IMG/VR virus record: IMGVR_UViG_3300036944_000990
Coordinates: 42,807 to 106,806 of that record
Source of the DNA: a virus
DNA length: 64,000 nucleotides
Reading direction: 5' to 3' (one strand)
The notes under the pieces are model-generated. The model ran no database searches. It had not been told where the DNA came from and saw only the letters and a program-made list of their open reading frames with translations. Shown here one piece after another: positions 57,210 through 64,000 of the stretch; the stretch's first letter is position 1, and each line of letters starts with the position of its first letter. The translations under genes were made by a program, and so were the position numbers.

Positions 57210-57783
57210 TGTCCTTACCTCCGCGTTTATCAACCATGTCCGTAATGGCGTGCGCCAGCGCATTGTGGGTATAATCCACTTTTGGCATTTCAGCCTGCTC
57301 TTGGGACGCACGTCGACGAACACTACGACGACTGTTGAGTCGATCCAAGGCGTTGAACAGCTTGGAATTGGTCGGTTGGGTTTCCATGTACATCCGAGCC
57401 ATGGGGAAGAGCTGTTCGGCGAACTCTTCCAAGGTAGCCAGGTCCTCTACCGGTGCATCGCGACGGTTGGGGTCTAACAACAGAGCATCGTGCCAGTCAC
57501 TGATATGGTCCCGAATCCATTCATAGATCTGTTTGGAATCATCGGGGTTGATCAGTGCAATCTGGGCACCCTGGCGGGCTTTATCCGCCATCTGCGCAAC
57601 CGTCAGACGCGCAGGAACAGGAGCGTTCATACGTCCGTTGTCCACAGCATCATCCATCGAGGTGTGCAGGCCGAAGTGTTCGGCAAACGATTGGTCGATC
57701 AGATACAGCTGTGGGATCATGCAATCGACGTAGTATTTGAAGATCTTTTCGGCGGGGGTGTGCCCAGGTTTTTCGATGATCAT
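57196..57783 (-). CDS. Conserved hypothetical protein
   Basis: 195-aa ORF abutting the upstream stop. Confidence 0.6.
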   Translation of the reverse strand: MIIEKPGHTPAEKIFKYYVDCMIPQLYLIDQSFAEHFGLHTSMDDAVDNGRMNAPVPARLTVAQMADKARQGAQIALINPDDSKQIYEWIRDHISDWHDALLLDPNRRDAPVEDLATLEEFAEQLFPMARMYMETQPTNSKLFNALDRLNSRRSVRRRASQEQAEMPKVDYTHNALAHAITDMVDKRGGKDSAGE

Positions 57784-59193
57784 TTAGTAATCTGCCATGG
57801 CGTACTTGATGAGGATCAACACCAGTGGGATGTAGTAGAAGCGCTCAAGGTTGGGCCAAGTCTTAGCAGACTCTACCAATCGTAACAGATCGGCTTTATC
57901 CACAGGCTTGCCTTCCAAGGTATTGCGCGTCGCCAACTCCAACACGGATTGACCTTGTTCTTGGTAGTAGAATGCCCGACTGAGGACGTAGAAGTCGTCA
58001 ATGGTCACCGGATGGATCAGTACCGGCTCACTACCTGATCCCTTTTCAAAGCCTGCGAGGTCAGTGCTGGCTTGAAGGATCTTGTTCAGGTTATTACTGC
58101 GACGAGAACCTCCCACAATACGTTCGGGTATCAGTGGGTCTATGTATTCACACCCGTAGTTCAATCCTTGGTAATCAGTCCGATCACTGCGTGTCGAATC
58201 CACCACCTTAAGATTGGTTTTGTCGGTGGGGTAGACAATCGATTCAATACCGCTGTAATAGAACCCATTGAACTGTGGGTGCTCGTTGAAGCGTTCGCGT
58301 GGTGCCACTCCGGCTTGATAAAAAGCCATGGTCAACAGATCCACGTTGTTCTGCGCCAAGCACTGCCACAAGTTAACTTCCTTGAAAGCCGGATCGCGTT
58401 CAACGTTCAACACTTTGATCCGGTAGATCAGCGGATGTTCACTCTGCTCAACGGTCGACAACACCCCACTGACCAAGAAGGGGTCGTACAGCTTCTCCGG
58501 TTGATCGGGCACCAATAACGTTTGGTGTTCGATGTTGAAGAAGTCTCGGAAGTAATGCATCACCAAGTGTTTGTAACCTGCCTCGATTTTGGCCAGTTGT
58601 TCGAACTCGGTAGTGACCAGGGTGGCATTACGATTGGTTTGGAGGGTGTTTCTAACAAACACCTGTTCCACCACAACCTTACTGTCGAGGTCACGTCGAT
58701 GCAAGTCATCCATCTCAGAACGCATTTTGTACGAGATGGTGTACACCGCATCATGAAGACGAGACTTCTTCTCAGAAGCCGTAACAGTAAACAGGCCTTC
58801 TTTACCGTCGCCGATGTCTGCAATGAATACGTCACCTACGTTAGGAATCACTCCTGCGTAGACAGTGGCTTCACCAGATACTTCCCACGTGCGGGTATTG
58901 GCATCTTGGCTTTGGGAAAGCTCGCCGGTAACCTTGAGTTCCAGAAGCTTTACCAAACGGTATTGTTGATAGGCCGCCTCTTGGTTGACTTGGAGATCAG
59001 AGACCTCATCATCTTTACCTAAGATTTGGCTGTAGTAGTTGACAATCCAACTGGCCCCTTCCACGTACGCCAACAGTGACTTGTGAGGTTGGTACCGGGT
59101 ATCGACCACGTTACTTTGAATTTCGGGCGCAACGGCATGGCCCAGGTTTTTCTCTGGAGCGGGTGCTGGCGCTTTGGGATTAAGAATCGGCAT
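57784..59193 (-). CDS. phiKZ-like virion structural protein
   Basis: LLAYVEGASWIVNYYSQ...VIPNVGDVFIADIGDG resembles phiKZ-like structural proteins. Start MPILNP. Confidence 0.65.
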   Translation of the reverse strand: MPILNPKAPAPAPEKNLGHAVAPEIQSNVVDTRYQPHKSLLAYVEGASWIVNYYSQILGKDDEVSDLQVNQEAAYQQYRLVKLLELKVTGELSQSQDANTRTWEVSGEATVYAGVIPNVGDVFIADIGDGKEGLFTVTASEKKSRLHDAVYTISYKMRSEMDDLHRRDLDSKVVVEQVFVRNTLQTNRNATLVTTEFEQLAKIEAGYKHLVMHYFRDFFNIEHQTLLVPDQPEKLYDPFLVSGVLSTVEQSEHPLIYRIKVLNVERDPAFKEVNLWQCLAQNNVDLLTMAFYQAGVAPRERFNEHPQFNGFYYSGIESIVYPTDKTNLKVVDSTRSDRTDYQGLNYGCEYIDPLIPERIVGGSRRSNNLNKILQASTDLAGFEKGSGSEPVLIHPVTIDDFYVLSRAFYYQEQGQSVLELATRNTLEGKPVDKADLLRLVESAKTWPNLERFYYIPLVLILIKYAMADY

Positions 59194-60700
59194 GGAGATC
59201 TTCCTTCGGTCGGACGATGATGCTGTAACTACCCACAGTCCGCATCGTTGCTTGTCGACTGGTGCGATCAAGGAGTTGTTGAAGCGTCTTACGGGGCAGT
59301 AATTTATCGCCGAGCAGTTTAGTGTCTTTGGGGTCGATGGACTTTTGCGGGTAAAGTACCTTAACCAAATCCAGCGCCAATTGACCATGTTGACGCAAAC
59401 GTTCCAACGCCTGAGGACTCAGGATCTTAAGATCACAGATAGTCATCACCACGTGGTACATTTTACGAGGATCGAGGTCGACTGTGGTTCTCACATTCAG
59501 ATCGGCGTCCACTGTCAAAACCGTCTCCTCCATTCGGGTGTCGCCATTGAACAAATGGAGGTTGAAAACAGTCTGTGCAGGCAGATTCAAGTACCGACAC
59601 TCGTCTGAGAGAAACGCCAGAACTTGTGGTGTGAACTCGTGTGTACCCAACTCCTTAAGACTGAACAACTCACGAGGGTCTTCAGGATTAACACCCATCA
59701 ACAACGTCAGTACTGGGTACATGTTCTTAAACTGGGTAGTGGCAACCCAGTCATCGTACTCCGGAATGCGTACACCTTTAAAGGGATAGAGTACATCGGT
59801 GTACAGACGTGTGAACTTGTCCAAGTGACGACGTTCATCGTTCGGTCGGCGGGCGATGTTGGCCAGTTCGTAGGTCAATTTCTCTTGACGGTACTTCTGA
59901 TCCACCACTTGGTTGTGGACAACAATCGGGTAGCGCATCGCACAGGCCACAGGCTTGTCGTACTGGAATCGGTATTCAAACCCGATCTCCCAAGGAGCCC
60001 CTTCATTCGCAGCACCGCCTTTGTCGGGCTGGGCCATAAAGTCAAACCAGCCGATGACCCCTACCTGACGTTCAGCCATGGACAACAGTGCACCGCGCCC
60101 CGCTTGGTTAGTAACCGAAACTACCCGAGGACTGAAGTGTGCTCGTAGGTATGATTTCAGATCTTCTCCATAACCGTACTCGGCTTCTCTCATTCGCCAC
60201 AGTTCGCGCAAGATGAGTAGTTCGGCCTTAGGGAGGGGGTAGTGGTAGTCGAACTCGTGCAAGAGTTCCTGTTGGCCTTCAGAGACCTTCAAACGCATCC
60301 GATCTCGCCACCGTAGGGCGCTGGTGCGATCTGGTGCTCGGTAGCGGAAACTGATCGCTACCTCTGTCCGTACATAGACGGGTTTGATGTGAATACCCAG
60401 TACCGGGTCTGAGAAAATGAACTGTTCGTTCGGTTTACGAACCGCGGTGGTGAGGGTACGTTCTTCAATGTACTCCTCCTCCACTTCTACATAAACCCGC
60501 CCAGTGAAGCCGTACTTGTTTTCAGCAGTAGGGTCCATGGGACTGGCCGATTGGTATTGTGCTTCAGTGGCGCCGTAATAATCGATCCCGGTGTCTTTAG
60601 GCAACCCCATATAAGCTACCAGGTCTTTGATCATCTGAACGCACACTGGTCGAGTCACCGAGTTATACGTCTCGGGGATCTCAGAAACAATGTTGGGCAT
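59180..60700 (-). CDS. phiKZ-like virion structural protein
   Basis: MPNIVSEIPETYNSVTRPV...YPIVVHNQ; AAGGAG RBS. Confidence 0.65.
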   Translation of the reverse strand: MPNIVSEIPETYNSVTRPVCVQMIKDLVAYMGLPKDTGIDYYGATEAQYQSASPMDPTAENKYGFTGRVYVEVEEEYIEERTLTTAVRKPNEQFIFSDPVLGIHIKPVYVRTEVAISFRYRAPDRTSALRWRDRMRLKVSEGQQELLHEFDYHYPLPKAELLILRELWRMREAEYGYGEDLKSYLRAHFSPRVVSVTNQAGRGALLSMAERQVGVIGWFDFMAQPDKGGAANEGAPWEIGFEYRFQYDKPVACAMRYPIVVHNQVVDQKYRQEKLTYELANIARRPNDERRHLDKFTRLYTDVLYPFKGVRIPEYDDWVATTQFKNMYPVLTLLMGVNPEDPRELFSLKELGTHEFTPQVLAFLSDECRYLNLPAQTVFNLHLFNGDTRMEETVLTVDADLNVRTTVDLDPRKMYHVVMTICDLKILSPQALERLRQHGQLALDLVKVLYPQKSIDPKDTKLLGDKLLPRKTLQQLLDRTSRQATMRTVGSYSIIVRPKEDLHADS

Positions 60701-60794
60701 GGTTAACTCCTTGGGTTGTGTAGTGTCAACCACACGTTTAGTCTAAGCCATACCATACGCGGCATAGGAGGAGGGGCTAACCCCCCCTCCTTAC

Positions 60795-61211
60795 TTATGC
60801 TTTCTCGAGACCTTCGACTTGTCGAACCAGTCGGTCCAGGGTCCTTTGTTTAAGGGCATCCAAAGCTTTGCCCACGTGTAGCAGTGCTTCTGCATTATAG
60901 TTGTTGGAGTATGGTCCTGACTGGAAACCAGACAAACGGTGTTCGCAGATTGCCAACAGTGCTTCTATGGTTATGCCGTTCTGACCACATTCGGGTACGG
61001 TACCGTGTTGGAATATCACCGGCAACCTACTGAAACTGGAAACATAGCCTTCAGCGTTACTATTACTGGGATTGGATTTAGTATCAAAACCAGTGATGGT
61101 GTAGTGATGGTTAGCATTACCTGGTCCTGGTTGATCTACGGCTTCAACTACTAGGGACTCTTTATGGTCACCAAAGATAACCAGATGGCGGTGAAGGGTT
61201 TTATTACTCAT
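60795..61211 (-). CDS. tad1: Tad1-family anti-defence sponge protein
   Basis: PGPGNANHHYTI, IFQHG, NGITIEALLAICEHRLSGFQSGPYS...NAEALLHVGKAL..LKQRTLDRLVRQVEG align motif by motif with Tad1. Confidence 0.85.
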   Translation of the reverse strand: MSNKTLHRHLVIFGDHKESLVVEAVDQPGPGNANHHYTITGFDTKSNPSNSNAEGYVSSFSRLPVIFQHGTVPECGQNGITIEALLAICEHRLSGFQSGPYSNNYNAEALLHVGKALDALKQRTLDRLVRQVEGLEKA

Positions 61212-61262
61212 ATCGACTACTTCCATTAGTGGTGGGTTGTCTATAGTATCACTAAACAATGT

Positions 61263-61292
61263 AAAAAAAAAAAGAGGCCCGAAGGCCCCTTT
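61263..61292 (-). terminator. Intrinsic terminator
   Basis: AGGGGCC-TTCG-GGCCTCT followed by a long T-run on the minus strand. Confidence 0.8.
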
Positions 61293-61307
61293 GTTTATTG
61301 TGTAGCC

Positions 61308-62171
61308 TTATGCCACATACAGACGATGCAGACCCAACGGAATACCAGGACCTGTCAACAGCGTAGCACGCATCATCGAGAAGAGATTGCTACGATCTTT
61401 ACGCATGTGATCAAGACGGGTTTGGCGTTCACGCTTGTAACTCACCAGACTTTCGAGATGTTCGAGTATCTCAGTTTCAGGCTCGTTCAGTTCGCCGGCG
61501 GAGCGCAGGGTCCGGATCAAACGTTCGCTACGTTCCAGGTCTTCTTCAGCGGTCACCACCGGAGCGGGGGTAACTTTGGTGATGGTTTCTTCTTTACGCA
61601 CCTGTTCGACATTCGAGGTTTCGGCCGAGGCTTCTTCCTGAGTGGCGACACGCACCGGAGTCATACCTGCAGCAATCATGGCCTGAACCAGGCTGTCTTC
61701 ATCAGACAGCATGTCAGGATCAACCTGCTTGATGGCCTGATCGACGGTGGTCATGGTGGCAGCCAGAGCACTGCTGATCAGTTCTTCACCAGAGACATTA
61801 CCGCCTTTGGCGTCGTACTGACGAATCATGTTGTTGAAGCTGGCCATGATGATCGCCTTTTCCATCATGTTGCAATGGAAGAACAGCGGATTGATCAGAC
61901 CCATCTTCTCGCAGTAGATGGCGAATGCGTCCTTGACCGGAAGGTCGTGACCCGGCTCGAATTTCACAGCCCCCTTCAGGCGCTTATTGGTGAAAGTGAT
62001 TTCGCCTTTATCGTCCACTGTGATGTTGACCGGGTAGTTGTAATCGCTGATCAGGAAGATACGTTCTTCCTTGTCAGTGGCCACGCCGGCGTAGAGTTCG
62101 TCACCTACCCGCCCGCCATTGTCCATCAGTTGGACAATAGCTTTGATCAAATTGATGTTGTTAACTTTCAT
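61308..62171 (-). CDS. Hypothetical early protein
   Basis: 287-aa ORF with GAGGAG RBS, directly after a TATATTAC promoter. Confidence 0.7.
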   Translation of the reverse strand: MKVNNINLIKAIVQLMDNGGRVGDELYAGVATDKEERIFLISDYNYPVNITVDDKGEITFTNKRLKGAVKFEPGHDLPVKDAFAIYCEKMGLINPLFFHCNMMEKAIIMASFNNMIRQYDAKGGNVSGEELISSALAATMTTVDQAIKQVDPDMLSDEDSLVQAMIAAGMTPVRVATQEEASAETSNVEQVRKEETITKVTPAPVVTAEEDLERSERLIRTLRSAGELNEPETEILEHLESLVSYKRERQTRLDHMRKDRSNLFSMMRATLLTGPGIPLGLHRLYVA

Positions 62172-62230
62172 GGTGAATCTCCTCAGATAAACAATGGTAG
62201 TAGATACGTTAGTGTATCCTATTCACCTGA

Positions 62231-62258
62231 GTAATATAGACTTGAGATTTTTTTATTT
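62231..62258 (-). promoter_or_regulatory. phiKZ-type early promoter (TATATTAC)
   Basis: Minus strand AAATAAAAAAATCTCAAGTC-TATATTAC. Confidence 0.75.
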
Positions 62259-62272
62259 AGCCTTTATAACAG

Positions 62273-62308
62273 GCGGCATAAAAGCCCACCCTTCTGGGTG
62301 GGCTTTTA
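62273..62308 (-). terminator. Terminator after the internal head protein gene
   Basis: AAAAGCCCACCC-TTCT-GGGTGGGCTTTT plus the GCGGCATA tag. Confidence 0.75.
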
Positions 62309-62337
62309 CAGTGCTCTAAAGCAACCCCACCGAAGAA

Positions 62338-63624
62338 TTACTTCTTCTTAGAAGGACCGGCTTTGTGAGCGGCAACGCCACGATCAACCAGAGCCAGTGC
62401 GGCGCGAACAACAGCGAACTCGTGCGAGTACACTTGGTTCACAACGCGGGACAGGTCGAAGTTGGCCTTACGCATGATCATGGAGGCAGCAGCCTGCTTG
62501 GCGCTTTCCTTGATCTTCTTGGTCCAACCTTCAACCTTGGTCTCGGTGGCTTTGAGCGCTTTCTCGCGAGCAGCGGTCAGCTTCTCGAGAGGCTTCTTCT
62601 TCTCTTCCAGCTGAGCGATCAGCTTACCGGAAGCTTCGAGAAGCTTCAGCAGTTCGGCCTTGCTCGGTGCATCGATTTCAGTACTGACATCGTCGATGGC
62701 CTTGAAGCCGTAACCTTTGATCAGCTTCGGTGCGCTGAGGTTGGTGTCGGAGCCTTTTTCCATGCTCTGAGTAACTTCAGCACGAACAACGGCGTCGCCG
62801 GACATCGGAGCGGAGACGGAAGTGATCTTCTTGATCACACCTTCAACGCCGTCAGTGGCTTCGCTCAGAGCTTTCTGAAGCTCCTCACGGGCGAAGTCAT
62901 TAACTTCGGCTGCTTCAAGCAGACGAGGAACGCGGATTGCGTAGAAGGTTTCAGCGGCGTCGCCGAGATCCTTGAGGATGCCGGCAGCCTGTTGGTGAGT
63001 GGCACCCATGCCGGAGAGGATCGAACCGATGTCAGCCTTGCCTTTGTAGCGCAGGGTATTGGCGTTCGGGACTTTGATCTTGTCACCGTTTTCTTCCTTG
63101 ATTTCCTTGACAGCCTTTTTCAGGGCTTCTTGGCGGCTCTTCAGCTTGGAGACGCCGCCGAAGATCTTGGAGAAGAAGTTCTTGATGGCCTGGATGGCCT
63201 TGGAGACGGCGTTCTTGATCGCCAGCCAGATCTTCTTCAGGGTTTCGCCGATACCTTCCATCGAGATGGTGGTAGCAGCGGCTTGGCCAGAAGCGCCACC
63301 GAAGGATTCCATCGACGGGGTGACGTCGGAGGCTTCCAGGCCGAGGCGGCCAACGTGGGCTTGAACGGCGTGCTGCATGAACAGGGCTGCTTGCGGGTTC
63401 AGACCGCCGTCTTGCATGGCGCTTTCCATGGAGACCAGGATGCCTTCCAGACCTTCGGAGATGTCGCCCAGCTCTTCGACGTTGTCGCCTTGCTCTTCGA
63501 ATTCACCTTCGGCTTCGCCAGCTTCGGCGATTTCGATTTCGAGGGTATCGTCGGCAGAGACGACCAGCTCGGTTTCGTTGGTGGCTTCATCTTCCATGGA
63601 GATGAACAGTTGCTTCAGACTCAT
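62338..63624 (-). CDS. Internal head protein (phiKZ gp93-97-like)
   Basis: Acidic propeptide with repeated SME sites, then EGIGETLKKIWLAIKNAVSKAIQAIKNFFSKIF helix; high-expression codon bias. Confidence 0.8.
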   Translation of the reverse strand: MSLKQLFISMEDEATNETELVVSADDTLEIEIAEAGEAEGEFEEQGDNVEELGDISEGLEGILVSMESAMQDGGLNPQAALFMQHAVQAHVGRLGLEASDVTPSMESFGGASGQAAATTISMEGIGETLKKIWLAIKNAVSKAIQAIKNFFSKIFGGVSKLKSRQEALKKAVKEIKEENGDKIKVPNANTLRYKGKADIGSILSGMGATHQQAAGILKDLGDAAETFYAIRVPRLLEAAEVNDFAREELQKALSEATDGVEGVIKKITSVSAPMSGDAVVRAEVTQSMEKGSDTNLSAPKLIKGYGFKAIDDVSTEIDAPSKAELLKLLEASGKLIAQLEEKKKPLEKLTAAREKALKATETKVEGWTKKIKESAKQAAASMIMRKANFDLSRVVNQVYSHEFAVVRAALALVDRGVAAHKAGPSKKK

Positions 63625-63710
63625 GAGTAAAACTCCGTAACGTTAAGGATAGTCATGCGACTAGGTTTTGCGCACTTGTGCATACAATACACTGATTGTG
63701 CGAAAAATGT

Positions 63711-64000
63711 TTAAGCGAAAAGCTGGTTGAGCTTTTTGATCCGATCGGCTGTCGATTCCGTGGTGTCTTGCTCAAAAGAAGAGCCAAACATCAACCAGAT
63801 CGTCATAACCATATCTTCAAAACCATTCGGGTGGGAACACCAGAGGGCAACGACCTCAGCTCCTGGGCGACCCATGAATGGCTTAAAGACATCACCCAGC
63901 TGGCCACTACTAGCGCGCTGCTTGTGCTCAGAACGGGGTTCGGCCCATTCAGCCAGCAAAGGCTTCCAGTTGTGAATGGAGACCTTGCGGCATCCAGTCT
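63711..64000 (-). CDS. 3' end of a hypothetical protein (truncated by the window)
   Basis: The frame stays open to the window edge; stop at 63711. Confidence 0.5.
   Translation of the reverse strand, partial: TGCRKVSIHNWKPLLAEWAEPRSEHKQRASSGQLGDVFKPFMGRPGAEVVALWCSHPNGFEDMVMTIWLMFGSSFEQDTTESTADRIKKLNQLFA

Noticed and set aside
5285-61273. Poly-A runs (5285, 10371, 15726, 23671, 40889, 47577, 61263) as phase-variable tracts
   Set aside because: All are intergenic and adjacent to hairpins, consistent with terminator U-tracts.
1-64000. CRISPR array, tRNA, integrase or transposase
   Set aside because: No regularly spaced repeats, cloverleaf or recombinase motifs were seen by eye. A tRNAscan/CRISPR scan would be needed to exclude them fully.

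Overview
This is a 64-kb segment of a phiKZ-like jumbo phage (Chimalliviridae-type). The assignment rests on recognised core genes and their order; chimallin itself is not in the window. Core genes are the portal, major capsid, DnaB-like helicase, a non-virion RNAP beta-like subunit, RuvC, spanins, an internal head protein, baseplate/tail proteins and nucleotide-metabolism genes (nrdAB, thyA, DHFR, tmk). Most genes are on the minus strand, with phiKZ-type TATATTAC early promoters and hairpin terminators carrying a recurring TTATGCCG tag. The standout is a tightly coupled cassette (39109->34430) nested in the tail-fibre module. It encodes three membrane di-iron fatty-acid-desaturase-family enzymes, a standalone condensation-domain/CoA-dependent acyltransferase (HxxxDG) and a cupin-like protein, and looks like a phage-encoded lipid-tailoring pathway. 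Also notable are a Tad1-family immune-signal sponge, a ~68-aa Hint-like insertion beside the NrdA active site, a ~900-nt hairpin-dense non-coding region after dnaB, and a conserved leader motif upstream of paralogous tail-fibre genes. All assignments come from motif recognition by eye, with no database searches. Several start codons were moved from the ORF track to downstream RBS-supported starts.
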